From an uncultured bacterium (GTDB taxonomy: Bacteria; Bdellovibrionota; JACOXK01; 2-02-FULL-40-11): a stretch of DNA of 64,000 nucleotides. A model generated the notes under the pieces. It had not been told where the DNA came from and searched no databases. It saw nothing but the letters and a program-made list of their open reading frames with translations. The stretch spans positions 1,380 to 65,379 of the forward strand of contig CAYJMQ010000004.1 in NCBI GenBank assembly GCA_964371555.1, given 5' to 3'. Below are positions 49,753-59,942 of this stretch, in pieces. The first letter of the stretch is position 1; each line of letters begins with the position of its first letter. The translations under genes were made by a program, and so were the position numbers.

Positions 49753-50724
49753 CTATCCTTTCAAATTGAGTGTCCGGACGAACGCATCTAATGCCTGCTC
49801 AGTTGTGTAATGATAACTGAACCCAATTTCCTTTTTCAACTTCGAATTTTCAATCAGCCACGGATAACGAATAAAGTCAAGCAGCCCTGCCGGCGCCTCT
49901 GTAAGAGACTTGCATCGAATCCTCCATGCCGCTTCTGTCAACGGATAGATGACAGCGGGCGGGAGTCCCAAAAGGCGTCGCCTGAATTTTTGGGCAGCGA
50001 GGCTCAGCCTAACCACGCCATCCGGCGCCGCATTGTATGCCCCTCTTCTCCCCTGAAGCACAAAATGATAAAAAATTTCCGCAATGTCATCTTCATGAAC
50101 AAACTGCATCTGTGGATCATATCCACGCACCGAAAAAACAACTCTTTTTTGCATATAACGCGCAATAAAATTTTTCACATGCGGCCCCATCACAATACAG
50201 GGACGAAAAACAATCACATCGCACTCGGGGTGTTTGCTCTGATATTCGCTGCAAAGGCGCTCCATAAGAACCTTATCTCTGGCGTATGGGTAATCCTCAT
50301 TGCCTCTCAGGGGATCTTCTTCTTTTAGAAACTGAGGATTTGCCGCATGAGCGCCATAGGCCGTGCCAGAACTTGCCATGAGGATTCTCTTGACCCCTGT
50401 TTTCTCACATGCCTCAAAAACATTTCTTGTCCCGCCGACATTGACACGATACATCAGATCTTCGTCATGAACCGGATCGACGATAAAAGCGAGATGAACA
50501 ACCACATCGACTTCATGAATCTTAAAAATCTGATCGAGCTTCTGATTGATATCCATACGGTACGTCTCTACCTTTTGAAATTTTCCGGATGGAATCTTTT
50601 GGTCGATCGAGACGATCTTTGAAATTGAATCTTGAGATTCAAGAAGATGAAGAAGGCGGGTTCCGATATATCCGGCCGCCCCGGTCACCGCAACGACGTG
50701 TGATCCGTCTTTAAAGCCCGTCAT
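49753..50724 (-). CDS. NAD-dependent epimerase/dehydratase family protein
   Basis: The Rossmann motif is VAVTGAAGYIGTRL. A YxxxK-type SDR-extended fold is present. It is about 323 aa. Confidence 0.7.
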   Translation of the reverse strand: MTGFKDGSHVVAVTGAAGYIGTRLLHLLESQDSISKIVSIDQKIPSGKFQKVETYRMDINQKLDQIFKIHEVDVVVHLAFIVDPVHDEDLMYRVNVGGTRNVFEACEKTGVKRILMASSGTAYGAHAANPQFLKEEDPLRGNEDYPYARDKVLMERLCSEYQSKHPECDVIVFRPCIVMGPHVKNFIARYMQKRVVFSVRGYDPQMQFVHEDDIAEIFYHFVLQGRRGAYNAAPDGVVRLSLAAQKFRRRLLGLPPAVIYPLTEAAWRIRCKSLTEAPAGLLDFIRYPWLIENSKLKKEIGFSYHYTTEQALDAFVRTLNLKG

Positions 50725-50829
50725 TCCACCCACCATTCAACATTGACAGGCACTCTCCAAAAAAAGGGGGAGGTTGTCAAGCTGGAGTTATTTGACACCT
50801 GAAAAACTTTTACCTATGATTGGTTTGGC

Positions 50830-51042
50830 ATGGCAATTCAAAACATATCAGAAGAAACAAAATATTTTTTGCAAAAACTCCTTGAAACGGGCGAGAAGTG
50901 GCTTGCTGAGGAAATTAAAAAGATTTATGACTCATCAACCGATGAGAAAGATTTCCTTGAAGAAACGAATCTCTACCTCACCCGCCTTGAAATCAAGATT
51001 AAAACCTTAAAAGAGGAATGCGAAAAGCTTACCGCTCTTTAA
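50830..51042 (+). CDS. Hypothetical small acidic coiled-coil protein
   Basis: A 70-aa ORF that is entirely helical and charged. It fills an otherwise empty intergenic gap. Confidence 0.3.
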   Translation: MAIQNISEETKYFLQKLLETGEKWLAEEIKKIYDSSTDEKDFLEETNLYLTRLEIKIKTLKEECEKLTAL

Positions 51043-51475
51043 GATGCTCCATTGCGGAACCGGCGGGCGCTCTCTCCGGACTAAAAACAGACCGCTCATG
51101 CGCGGCATTTTTTTGCGCCGCTTTTTCGGGGCATTCTTCTTTGCAGCGATAAAAATCGCTCCATGCGGCCCCCCGGTCAACCTCGCTTAAACTCTCCTGA
51201 ATGAGTCTGTCTTTTTCCTGTTGGCACGATTTATAGCAATCCTGTTCGTCTCTCACAAGCTGCGATTCCGTTGAAACATCAAATGGCAGGACCTGATTGA
51301 CCGTATTGTCTAAAACAACCGCCGTCCCTTGAGCCACGGGGGTTAAGGGATTGACTTTTTTAACCTCTTCGGCTGTCGACTCGTCCCGTTTTGTCTGTGA
51401 AAACCCATTGCTCCCAATCAATGAAATAATCGCTGTCAGACAGACGACGAGCAGATAAAAACCATTGGACTTCAT
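51029..51475 (-). CDS. Hypothetical secreted Cys-containing protein
   Basis: The signal peptide is MKSNGFYLLVVCLTAIISLIGSNGFS. There are 4 Cys (CYKSCQQ ... YRCKEECPEK). Confidence 0.4.
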   Translation of the reverse strand: MKSNGFYLLVVCLTAIISLIGSNGFSQTKRDESTAEEVKKVNPLTPVAQGTAVVLDNTVNQVLPFDVSTESQLVRDEQDCYKSCQQEKDRLIQESLSEVDRGAAWSDFYRCKEECPEKAAQKNAAHERSVFSPERAPAGSAMEHLKER

Positions 51476-51650
51476 ATATTTAATTGTATCCAAAAAATTC
51501 AATTCGTCTAGTAGCGCAGTTCGACACCTGGCTAACAAAAATTGTCATCAATTTTATTCTAAAGCTCTACAAATCTGACTAAGTTATTGAAATGACTCAT
51601 AGCTGATTTTGGCACGCGACTTGCTCTAAGTTTTAAGTAGAGAGGTTATT

Positions 51651-52448
51651 ATGAAAAAAACATCCCTTTTACTCATAACGTTAATGGTTTTATCGGCCTG
51701 TGGAACCGAATCGCGAAAGTCTGAACCGGCTGCGAACCAGACCCCCCCCACTCAGGGACCTGATGTTCAGGCTGAAAACCGTCCTGTCCCCACCCCTCCT
51801 GAAAAGGGGATGCCCAATCTCCTGATCGATCAGGAGATTGAGAACCTGACCGCCCAATATGCCGGGGCCGAGATTGTTCTTAAGATCAAAACAGTTAAAG
51901 ATAGAATTTCTGTTTATTATGGAGATGAGGTTTTAAAAATTGACCGAGAAAAATCATCCTACTTTGTAAGAATTATCGCGCTAACTCAGGCAGAGCCGAA
52001 ACTCATCATCGACCGATTCTATGAAAATGGCGAGCATCTCTCAAAAGAGATCACACTGAAAAAGACCGCATCGGAGGCAGATGAAGTCGTCTATGAATCG
52101 AACGATGATTTGAATGAAAAAGTAGAGGAGAGAGACGGGTATCTCGTGAAAGTAAGGACGGCCCCAAGCTGCCGTGTCAGTTATAAAGATGGCAAATGGT
52201 CTGTCAGATATCGAGAAATAGAATCAAAGACACTCACCAAAATCGATAAGAATAGAAAGTCATTGGCATTGGCAAACGAACTCTTTGGTAAAGTGCTTGC
52301 ACTTAACGAGGTCAAAGAGGCGCTTCCAGAAGATACAGAGCCGAAAGATATCCATAAGATAAAACTCTACTTCTCGGTTTACGCTAAAGGAATGGCTGAG
52401 AAGCCAGATCAACAGCCAGATCAACAGATAGACAAACAGCCAGAGTAA
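51651..52448 (+). CDS. Hypothetical lipoprotein
   Basis: The lipobox is LMVLSACG. The C-terminus is Pro/Gln-rich (QQPDQQIDKQPE). It is 265 aa. Confidence 0.45.
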   Translation: MKKTSLLLITLMVLSACGTESRKSEPAANQTPPTQGPDVQAENRPVPTPPEKGMPNLLIDQEIENLTAQYAGAEIVLKIKTVKDRISVYYGDEVLKIDREKSSYFVRIIALTQAEPKLIIDRFYENGEHLSKEITLKKTASEADEVVYESNDDLNEKVEERDGYLVKVRTAPSCRVSYKDGKWSVRYREIESKTLTKIDKNRKSLALANELFGKVLALNEVKEALPEDTEPKDIHKIKLYFSVYAKGMAEKPDQQPDQQIDKQPE

Positions 52449-52506
52449 AACCCGTATAAGCTTCAATTTTCCAAAAAGCTTCCGATAAGGGGAGTAAGGA
52501 GGCCAG

Positions 52507-54918
52507 ATGCCAAAGGTAAAGGGAACCCATAAGTTTTCGATACCACAGCAGATGCCGGTTCTTCCGATATTAAGCGTTGTCGTTTTCCCCTTCGCCATTG
52601 TCCAGCTCCTCGTCCGGCGCGATCGAAACGTCAATCTGCTTCGCTCGCTGAAAGGCGCTAACCAGATCATCGCTCTTGTAGCCCCCAAAAGCTTCGAAAA
52701 CGCGGAACCGGGGTCGAAAGATCTGCATGAATACGGCGTTGCCGCAAAAATTGTAAGCAAGGAAGAGATCGGCGAAGACACATTCCAAATTGCGCTTCAG
52801 GGGCTCTGCCGGATCAGAGTTAAAAAATATACACAGGAAAACCCATACCTCGTCGCGGAAATCACAGAGGTTGTTGAGAAAGAATCGGAAGATCTTGAAA
52901 CAAAGGTTCTCATGGAAAATCTCATTGAGCTGTTTAACCGCTTCGTTTCAGAAAACCCGCGCTACAGTTCAGAGATCGTAAGAATTGTTGAAATGAATCT
53001 CGACGAAGGCCCCAGTGTCATCACAGATCTGATCGCCTCTTATATCAATTTTAAAATGGAAGAAAAGCAGCATATTTTGGAAACGCTCGATGTGAAGCTC
53101 CGGATGCGCAAACTCATCGAGTACCTCGGCAAAGAAATCGATTTTTTGAAAGTCGAGGGAGAAATTCAATCGAAGGCCAGACAGGAGATGGAAAAGTCGC
53201 AGCGCGAATATTTTCTGAGACGGCAGCTGGATGAAATTAAAAAAGAATTGGGTGAAGATGACCAGGCCAACACAGATCTTCTTGAACTCAAAGAAAAACT
53301 CAAAAAGAAAAAATTTCCCAAAGAAACGATGGAAGTCATCAAAAAAGAGCTCTCGCGTCTCGAGCGCCTGAGCACGGTCGCAGCAGACTATCATGTAATC
53401 CGGACATATCTCGATTGGCTGATCGAGCTTCCGTGGGAACACGCGACGGAGGATATGTTAAACATTCATCAGGCAAAAAAGATTTTGGATGAAGATCATT
53501 ACGGCCTGGAGAAGGTCAAAGAAAGAATTCTTGAATATCTGGCGGTTTTAAAGCTCAAAAAAGATCTCAAAGGCCCGATTCTCTGCTTTGTCGGACCTCC
53601 GGGCGTCGGAAAAACATCGCTTGGGCAATCGATCGCAAGGGCAATGAACCGAAAATTTATGCGCATTTCTCTGGGCGGCGTCAAAGATGAAGCTGAAATC
53701 CGGGGCCACCGAAGGACCTATGTCGGCGCCCTCCCCGGCCGGATCATTCAGGGGATCAAAAAAGCGGGAACCAGCAATCCCCTCTTTATGATCGATGAAA
53801 TTGACAAAATCAGCGGCGAGCGCGGAGATCCTTCATCTGCGTTGCTCGAAGTCCTCGATCCAGCTCAAAACAACACTTTTAAAGATAACTATATTGAAAT
53901 CCCCTTCGATCTTAGCCAGGTCATGTTTATTACCACTGCAAACCTTCTCGATCCGATTCCTGAACCGCTCAAGGATCGGATGGAGGTCATAAAACTCTCC
54001 GGGTATACTCTGGAAGAAAAAGTGATCATTGCCAACGACCATATCATTCCACGACAGATTAAGGAGCATGGCTTAACCCGGGAAAAAATTCATTTTACAG
54101 ATGAGGCTGTCAAACTCATTGTTAAAGGCTATACGCGTGAAGCGGGTGTGAGAAATCTTGAGCGGGAACTCAGCCATGTCTGCAGAAAAGTGGCAAAAGA
54201 AATTGCCGAAGGATCCCATGAAAATTTCATTATCAAGGCCAACAACCTAAACAAATATCTCGGTCCCAAAAAGATGTTTGAAGATGAAGCCCTGCAAATA
54301 AGCGAGATCGGGATTGCGCAGGGACTCGCATGGAATGAGGCTGGCGGAGCGCTGCTCCATATCGAAACAACGAAAATCCCATATTCAGAGGGGGTCAAAT
54401 TCACCGGCCAGCTTGGGGATGTTATGAAAGAATCGGTTCAGGCAGCCATGAGTTATGTCCAGAGCAACTCAGAGGCGCTTGGAATCGATCCCAAAGAATT
54501 TAAAAACTATATGATTCATGTCCACTTCCCTGCCGCGTCCATCCCCAAAGACGGGCCCTCGGCGGGGGCAGCGATTGCCACAGCGATTGCGTCGCTTATG
54601 AGTCAACGCGCGGTCAATAAAGATGTCGCAATGACCGGAGAAATCTCATTGCGAGGGCATGTTCTGCCTGTGGGGGGGATTAAAGAAAAAGTTCTTGCAG
54701 CCTATCGGGCCGGGATAAAGACGGTTATTCTCCCTTCCAAGAATAAAAACGATCTTCTCGATATTCCGAATGAGGTTAAAAGAAAAATTACGTTTGAACT
54801 TGTAGAAACGATGGATGAGGTATTCAAGGTTGCCTTGCTTTCAGCGAAGGGGGAGACAGAAGAAGAGCAGGAAGCGAAAAAAAAAGTGGTCGCCAATGAG
54901 CGAAGCCGTGCAAGGTAA
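52507..54918 (+). CDS. lon: ATP-dependent Lon protease
   Basis: An 803-aa ORF with the LON N-domain, an AAA+ module (GPPGVGKTS) and a protease domain (DGPSAGAAIATAIAS with catalytic Ser, and K). Confidence 0.9.
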   Translation: MPKVKGTHKFSIPQQMPVLPILSVVVFPFAIVQLLVRRDRNVNLLRSLKGANQIIALVAPKSFENAEPGSKDLHEYGVAAKIVSKEEIGEDTFQIALQGLCRIRVKKYTQENPYLVAEITEVVEKESEDLETKVLMENLIELFNRFVSENPRYSSEIVRIVEMNLDEGPSVITDLIASYINFKMEEKQHILETLDVKLRMRKLIEYLGKEIDFLKVEGEIQSKARQEMEKSQREYFLRRQLDEIKKELGEDDQANTDLLELKEKLKKKKFPKETMEVIKKELSRLERLSTVAADYHVIRTYLDWLIELPWEHATEDMLNIHQAKKILDEDHYGLEKVKERILEYLAVLKLKKDLKGPILCFVGPPGVGKTSLGQSIARAMNRKFMRISLGGVKDEAEIRGHRRTYVGALPGRIIQGIKKAGTSNPLFMIDEIDKISGERGDPSSALLEVLDPAQNNTFKDNYIEIPFDLSQVMFITTANLLDPIPEPLKDRMEVIKLSGYTLEEKVIIANDHIIPRQIKEHGLTREKIHFTDEAVKLIVKGYTREAGVRNLERELSHVCRKVAKEIAEGSHENFIIKANNLNKYLGPKKMFEDEALQISEIGIAQGLAWNEAGGALLHIETTKIPYSEGVKFTGQLGDVMKESVQAAMSYVQSNSEALGIDPKEFKNYMIHVHFPAASIPKDGPSAGAAIATAIASLMSQRAVNKDVAMTGEISLRGHVLPVGGIKEKVLAAYRAGIKTVILPSKNKNDLLDIPNEVKRKITFELVETMDEVFKVALLSAKGETEEEQEAKKKVVANERSRAR

Positions 54919-54956
54919 ATATTTGAGTTTACGAAATGAGTTGTGATAAAATTAAC

Positions 54957-55010
54957 AAATCAGCTGGAAAGAGCCGCCGCTCGCAGAGCCGCCGCTCGCA
55001 GAGCTGATTT
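54957..55010 (+). repeat. Inverted repeat (AAATCAGCT/AGCTGATTT) enclosing a tandem 15-bp direct repeat (GAGCCGCCGCTCGCA x2) downstream of lon
   Basis: This was seen directly in the sequence. It is probably the lon terminator with an unusually structured loop. Confidence 0.45.
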
Positions 55011-55025
55011 ATCGGAGGATACACT

Positions 55026-55634
55026 ATGATGCCTGAATGGTTTATAAAAGGGGGGCCGGTGATGTGGCCGATTCTCATCTGTTCGATTGTGGCTCTGGCC
55101 ATTTTTCTTGAGAGAATTTTATCGCTGAGACGCCATAAAGTTATTCCAAAAGATCTTGCCGATACGGTTGATGAACTCGTGGGCCAAAAAAAATTTTCAG
55201 AAGCCCACACTTTGTGTAAACAAAATAAATCATCCTTTTCCAAGATTGTTCTGACAGCCTTGAGACATGAAGGAAAACAGAGAGACCTCATTAAGGAAAA
55301 TGTCGAAGAGAGTGGAAAAAAAGAATCGCTTCAACTTGGGAAAAATATTCACGCATTGGCCACCATTGCCCACATTTCCCCATTGTTAGGGCTCCTTGGA
55401 ACCGTGCTCGGCATGCTTCAAGTCTTTGCTGTAATCACAGAAAAGGGGGTTGGAAATGCCCAGTCGCTCGCGGGGGGGATCTCCCAAGCGCTCATTACAA
55501 CCGTTGCCGGCCTGATCGTTGCCATTCCAACGGTAGTTGCCTATCGCTATCTGGGCGCCAGGGTAAAGACATTTGTTGCAGAAATTGAAGAGTACTCATT
55601 GAAAATAGTTGATGAGCTTACAGGGGATTCTTAA
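55026..55634 (+). CDS. MotA/TolQ/ExbB-family proton channel
   Basis: A 202-aa ORF with 3 TM helices. MMPEWFIKGGPVMWPILICSIVALAIFLERILSLRR is typical ExbB/TolQ. Confidence 0.8.
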   Translation: MMPEWFIKGGPVMWPILICSIVALAIFLERILSLRRHKVIPKDLADTVDELVGQKKFSEAHTLCKQNKSSFSKIVLTALRHEGKQRDLIKENVEESGKKESLQLGKNIHALATIAHISPLLGLLGTVLGMLQVFAVITEKGVGNAQSLAGGISQALITTVAGLIVAIPTVVAYRYLGARVKTFVAEIEEYSLKIVDELTGDS

Positions 55635-55637
55635 ATC

Positions 55638-56063
55638 ATGAATTTTTCACAAAATGACCAGGAAAAAGACGATGTAACCATCGAACTGACTTCCCTTATT
55701 GATGTTATCTTCATGTTGGTCCTTTTTTTTCTGATCACAACCACCTTTGCGTCAGCGCCTGGTTTTAAGGTTGATCTCCCCAAGTCATCCGCGAGCGATA
55801 TCACGCGTGACCGGAAGGATCTTACGATTTCAATCGCCCAGGACCGATCTATCGCAATTAATCAAAAATATGTGACAGACGATGAACTCAAAGACCGCCT
55901 CTATGAAGAGGCCCAGCTTAATCCAGCCACCCTTGTTATCATTCAGGCCGATCAGAGTGTTTCGCACGGCAAAGTGGTTCAGGTGATGGACCTCGCCAAA
56001 CAAGCCGGACTCAATCATCTCGCCATTGCGACCGAACCGAAAGACGGCGATGCCCCAAATTGA
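55638..56063 (+). CDS. ExbD/TolR-family protein
   Basis: A 141-aa ORF with a single N-terminal TM helix (IDVIFMLVLFFLITTTF) and a periplasmic domain. Confidence 0.8.
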   Translation: MNFSQNDQEKDDVTIELTSLIDVIFMLVLFFLITTTFASAPGFKVDLPKSSASDITRDRKDLTISIAQDRSIAINQKYVTDDELKDRLYEEAQLNPATLVIIQADQSVSHGKVVQVMDLAKQAGLNHLAIATEPKDGDAPN

Positions 56064-56415
56064 GCCCCATTTAAAAAAAAAAATTCGTTGGGTGATCTTC
56101 GGTTTTGTCATTTTTACCCTTTTTTTCACGGCCTTTGGAGATCGCGGGCTTCTTAAAATTTTTCGCCTCAAAAAAGAGTTCAAGAGACTCGAAGCTTCTC
56201 TCAAAAATCTTGAGAACCAAAATACCGATATCTCTAAAAACATTGAAAAAATGAAAAAAGAGAGGGCATTTCAGGAGAGATCGGCTCGTGAAACCCTTGG
56301 ACTGGTGCAGGATGATGACATTGTTTATGAGTTTCAGGATGAGTTGAGGGCTAAAACTTCAGCTCAAAAGAGCGATGCCGCGGTAAATGAAATAGCCGCT
56401 GAGAATAAAAAATAA
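56050..56415 (+). CDS. Septum formation initiator (FtsB/DivIC-like) coiled-coil membrane protein
   Basis: It has one TM helix followed by the leucine-zipper-like coiled coil LKKEFKRLEASLKNLENQNTDISKNIEKMKK. Confidence 0.5.
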   Translation: MPQIEPHLKKKIRWVIFGFVIFTLFFTAFGDRGLLKIFRLKKEFKRLEASLKNLENQNTDISKNIEKMKKERAFQERSARETLGLVQDDDIVYEFQDELRAKTSAQKSDAAVNEIAAENKK

Positions 56416-57051
56416 AACCGCCGTCCCCTTCTCAATGACAATGAGCCATCTCCCAGATTTTGGAAAGACTGCAAGGAGTCCGGTAAAAATCCCAAGTCCG
56501 ACAAATAAAAGCCCCATCCCCAGCGCAAAACAAAACATCATGAGCGCCCCGTAAACAAGACTCTGACGTGTCGCGATAAAGGTTAAAATCGCCCCCAGAA
56601 GCGGGACAGTGCAAGGGGCCACAATAAAACCCGAGGTAATCCCCATTACAAACGCGTCTCCCCTCCCCCCCCCAAGGTTGGAAAGGGCTTTGGGGACCGG
56701 TATGCGAATCCATTCCATCTGTATCAGACCGAAGAAAAACAAGATTCCGCCGACCGTAAAAAAAACAGACGGGGTCATCGTAATCTTTCCAAAAACCTTT
56801 CCGGTAAGAGCGGCAAAAACCCCAAGCGCCGTGTATGTCATCGCCATTCCGATCACATAAATCAGCGACAGCCAGACTGCGTGCAGATGAGATTTCGCCC
56901 TGCTGCTGATAAACGTTACCGTAATCGGTATGACAGGATAAACACAGGGGGTTAGACTCGCCAAAATTCCTGAAACGAAGGCCAAAACAAACGCCCCAAA
57001 AAACCCAAGAGACGATCCTTCAGACAATGCCTGAGAAAATAAATCGGTCAT
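56359..57051 (-). CDS. ccdA: Cytochrome c-type biogenesis / thiol:disulfide electron-transfer membrane protein CcdA (DsbD transmembrane domain)
   Basis: A 230-aa ORF with 6 TM helices and the conserved Cys in LTPCVYPVIP. Confidence 0.7.
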   Translation of the reverse strand: MTDLFSQALSEGSSLGFFGAFVLAFVSGILASLTPCVYPVIPITVTFISSRAKSHLHAVWLSLIYVIGMAMTYTALGVFAALTGKVFGKITMTPSVFFTVGGILFFFGLIQMEWIRIPVPKALSNLGGGRGDAFVMGITSGFIVAPCTVPLLGAILTFIATRQSLVYGALMMFCFALGMGLLFVGLGIFTGLLAVFPKSGRWLIVIEKGTAVLFFILSGYFIYRGIALLS

Positions 57052-57054
57052 TTT

Positions 57055-58464
57055 TTAATCATCGGTATATTTTTTTATTTGAATTCCGATTTTATCTGAA
57101 AGCTCATTCAAACGCGCTTTCAGGTTTTTGGCGGTGCAGACAATCGTTATTTGAAGATCATCGGGCTTGCTCAACATCTGAATGGCCTCACGTGCCTGAT
57201 CGAGCGTTACTTTTCGAATACGATCCTGATAGGTATCCAGATAATCGGAAGGCAACCCCATCAGTTCAATTGCCACCCACTGTCCAATGCGCTTCCTGGC
57301 GGTGTCGATTTTAAAAGAAAATTCGTTGATGAGATTGCTTTTGGATCGCTCAAATTCGTCTTTTGTCACCCCTTTTTTTACATAATCTTTATAGAGAGAA
57401 AGGACGAGTTTCAACGTCTCAATCGTATCTTTCTCGGCCGGGAAGACCCACATCGCAAATTCGCCAGGCGCTTTTCCAGGACTAAACCAGCTATATGCCC
57501 CATAGCTCCACCCCCGCTTCACGCGCACCTCCTGCATGAGAGTAGAGGTAAATCCGCCGCCAAAAGCATTGTTGGCCACCATCAGCGGAAAAAATTGGGG
57601 ATGATGAATGTCTATTCCGTAATGCCCGATAATAATTTGTGTCTGGGTCCGGGCTGGTTTATCAATGAGCAGAATCTTTTTCCCTTTCCACGATTTTAAC
57701 TTTGGATAACTGAATGCCGCTAGCTGGCCTGCCGTCATCTCTTTAAAATGATGAGATAGTTTCTGAGAGATCTTTTGTGAATCAATGTCGCCGGCCGCGG
57801 CAAAGAAAAAATTGTTGCGCACGAAATAGGTTTTGTAGTGGGAAACAATTTTTTCACGGGTCATTTTTTTAACCGTTGACTCGCGACCTTCGGAATGAAA
57901 GGCATACGGATGGTCCTCAAATAATGCCCTCTTGAAGAAATACTTCACGACGGACTGGTCGTTTTCACGCATCTCCCTCAAATCTGCGATCGTCTCCCGT
58001 TTTTCTTTTTCAAACTCTTTGGCGTCAAATTTGGGATGCAAAATGACATCTGAAAAAATCTCAAGAAATTTGTCGAGATTGCGTGTGAGGGTCTGCCCAA
58101 ACACCTGAACCCCCTCCGCGCCGACTGACACATCGATATCCGCGCCAAGCTGATCCAATTCATCACGAAGCCGCTCACGGCTCCGCGTCAGTGTCCCCCG
58201 AAGAAGCATATTGCCGACAAGGGAGGTCAGTCCTTCCAGTTCAGGCGGATCCCACACATAACCATATCTGCCTACCGCGTAAATGGTGGCGACCGGAAGG
58301 CTTTTATCTTCAGAGATAATGAGTTTTTGTCCCGTTGAAAGCTGTGTCATGTTAACCGATGCCAGGCACCTCTTTGTTGAAAACCCTGAATCCCACCACC
58401 CCAACCACAAAGAAACGCTAAAAAAAACCAAAAAAAGCTTACTATATTTGAAATTGAGTTTCAT
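57055..58464 (-). CDS. M16-family (pitrilysin-like) zinc peptidase, second subunit or paralogue
   Basis: It has a signal peptide after MKLNFKYSKLFLVFF and the M16 domain architecture. It appears to lack an intact HxxEH inverted zinc motif, so it may be the non-catalytic partner. Confidence 0.6.
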   Translation of the reverse strand: MKLNFKYSKLFLVFFSVSLWLGWWDSGFSTKRCLASVNMTQLSTGQKLIISEDKSLPVATIYAVGRYGYVWDPPELEGLTSLVGNMLLRGTLTRSRERLRDELDQLGADIDVSVGAEGVQVFGQTLTRNLDKFLEIFSDVILHPKFDAKEFEKEKRETIADLREMRENDQSVVKYFFKRALFEDHPYAFHSEGRESTVKKMTREKIVSHYKTYFVRNNFFFAAAGDIDSQKISQKLSHHFKEMTAGQLAAFSYPKLKSWKGKKILLIDKPARTQTQIIIGHYGIDIHHPQFFPLMVANNAFGGGFTSTLMQEVRVKRGWSYGAYSWFSPGKAPGEFAMWVFPAEKDTIETLKLVLSLYKDYVKKGVTKDEFERSKSNLINEFSFKIDTARKRIGQWVAIELMGLPSDYLDTYQDRIRKVTLDQAREAIQMLSKPDDLQITIVCTAKNLKARLNELSDKIGIQIKKYTDD

Positions 58465-58468
58465 TATT

Positions 58469-59932
58469 TTATTTTGGTGATTTTTTACGCCGCCTTTCTT
58501 TCTTTTTAACCTTCTTTGCCGCTCCCGTCTTTGACAAAGATGGGGCCAAAGATAGGGGCACTGCGGCCACAACGGTACGATTATCGGCTGCCAGATAGTT
58601 CTTCGCAACCTTCTGAATATCGGCCGTTGTTACAGCCTGATAACCGTCCAGCAAATGAAGCGCCGTTTTGTAATCGCCGGAAATAATATGATAATGCCCC
58701 AGCGCCCGCGCTTTTCCGTTCACACTTTCGAGCCCCCGGTAATAGTCCATCTCAAAACGGTTTTTGGCCCGATCCAACTCTTTTTGGTGAACCCCCTCTT
58801 TTTGAATCTTTCCAATTTCTTTAAAAATCCGTTCATCCGCCTTTTTAACCGAATGCCCTTTTCGCATGGAGGTTGCGATTTGAAAGAGCGCCGGATCTTT
58901 AAAGTGCGGGAGCGCTGCAGAAATCTGTGTTGCAATCTCTTCATCGATTACCATCCTTTTATATAAGCGGGAACCCTCCCCGTTAAAAAGGATTTCCGCC
59001 AGAAGTTCCAACGCCGGAGTATCGCGATGTTTATAATCTGTCGCATGGTAGGCGTAGATCGCTTTTTCAGTATCGATATCATCCCGCTCTAAAACTGCGC
59101 GCCTCGGGGACCGCTGCGGCGGCTCTTCAGGAATTTCCAGTTCCCGGATTTCGGAAGATGGAATCGATCCATAATATTTTTCAATCCAGCCAAGAACTTT
59201 CTCCTGATTAAAATTTCCAACAACAATGATGGTCGCGTTGTTTGGCGCATAATAGGTCTTATAAAAATAGATACAATCTTCAAGGCTCAGTTTTGAAATA
59301 TCTTCCATCCAGCCAATGGTCGGCTGTCCGTAAGGATGAATCTCGTAAGCCAGCGAGTCGAGCTTTTCATTCATCGCACCGTCAATGTCATTATCAACAC
59401 GGAATCTTCGTTCATTCTGAATGACCCCCCGCTCCGACTCAATCTGTTTTTCATTTAAAATCATATTGCTCATGCGATCGGCCTCCAGCCGGATGACAAG
59501 CTCCATTTTTTCGGGATCGCTCGGCAACACCTCATGATAATAGGTCCAGTCAACCCAGGTTGCGGCATTGGTAATTGCCCCATTGGCCTCCATGATACGA
59601 TCAAATTCCCCTTCTTTGAGGTTTTTGGTCTCTTTAAAGAGAAGATGCTCAAAAAAATGCGCAATCCCCGTCTTCCCTTTTTTTTCATGTCTGGAACCGA
59701 CATTGAACCAGGTATGATACGCAAATACGGGAACTTTTTTATCAATGGCAAGAATGATATCGAGTCCATTGCGAAGTTTGTGGCGCGTGATTTCAACGTC
59801 CCCCCATGCCTCTGTCTTCTCAATCATATATTTCCTCTCTTTTTTTATTTTTCTGACAGCTGCAAAAACAGCCGTAAGAAAAATCAGGAAAATAAACAAC
59901 CATGCTGTCCAATGCTTGCGAAGAGATTCCAT
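58469..59932 (-). CDS. M16-family zinc peptidase (catalytic, HxxEH)
   Basis: GIAHFFEHLLFK is the inverted zinc-binding motif. It is 487 aa. It lies immediately upstream of its paralogue. Confidence 0.7.
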   Translation of the reverse strand: MESLRKHWTAWLFIFLIFLTAVFAAVRKIKKERKYMIEKTEAWGDVEITRHKLRNGLDIILAIDKKVPVFAYHTWFNVGSRHEKKGKTGIAHFFEHLLFKETKNLKEGEFDRIMEANGAITNAATWVDWTYYHEVLPSDPEKMELVIRLEADRMSNMILNEKQIESERGVIQNERRFRVDNDIDGAMNEKLDSLAYEIHPYGQPTIGWMEDISKLSLEDCIYFYKTYYAPNNATIIVVGNFNQEKVLGWIEKYYGSIPSSEIRELEIPEEPPQRSPRRAVLERDDIDTEKAIYAYHATDYKHRDTPALELLAEILFNGEGSRLYKRMVIDEEIATQISAALPHFKDPALFQIATSMRKGHSVKKADERIFKEIGKIQKEGVHQKELDRAKNRFEMDYYRGLESVNGKARALGHYHIISGDYKTALHLLDGYQAVTTADIQKVAKNYLAADNRTVVAAVPLSLAPSLSKTGAAKKVKKKERRRKKSPK

Positions 59933-59942
59933 TATGTCATTA

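Noticed and set aside
52969-53442. A 157-aa ORF antisense to lon. It stands for the many 60-110-aa alternative-frame ORFs in the track (for example 337..597, 583..777, 1451..1687, 14516..14911, 15407..15772, 39329..40231 and 48436..48833).
   Set aside because: All of them overlap stronger, homology-supported genes, either in another frame or on the other strand. None has a credible RBS or motif.
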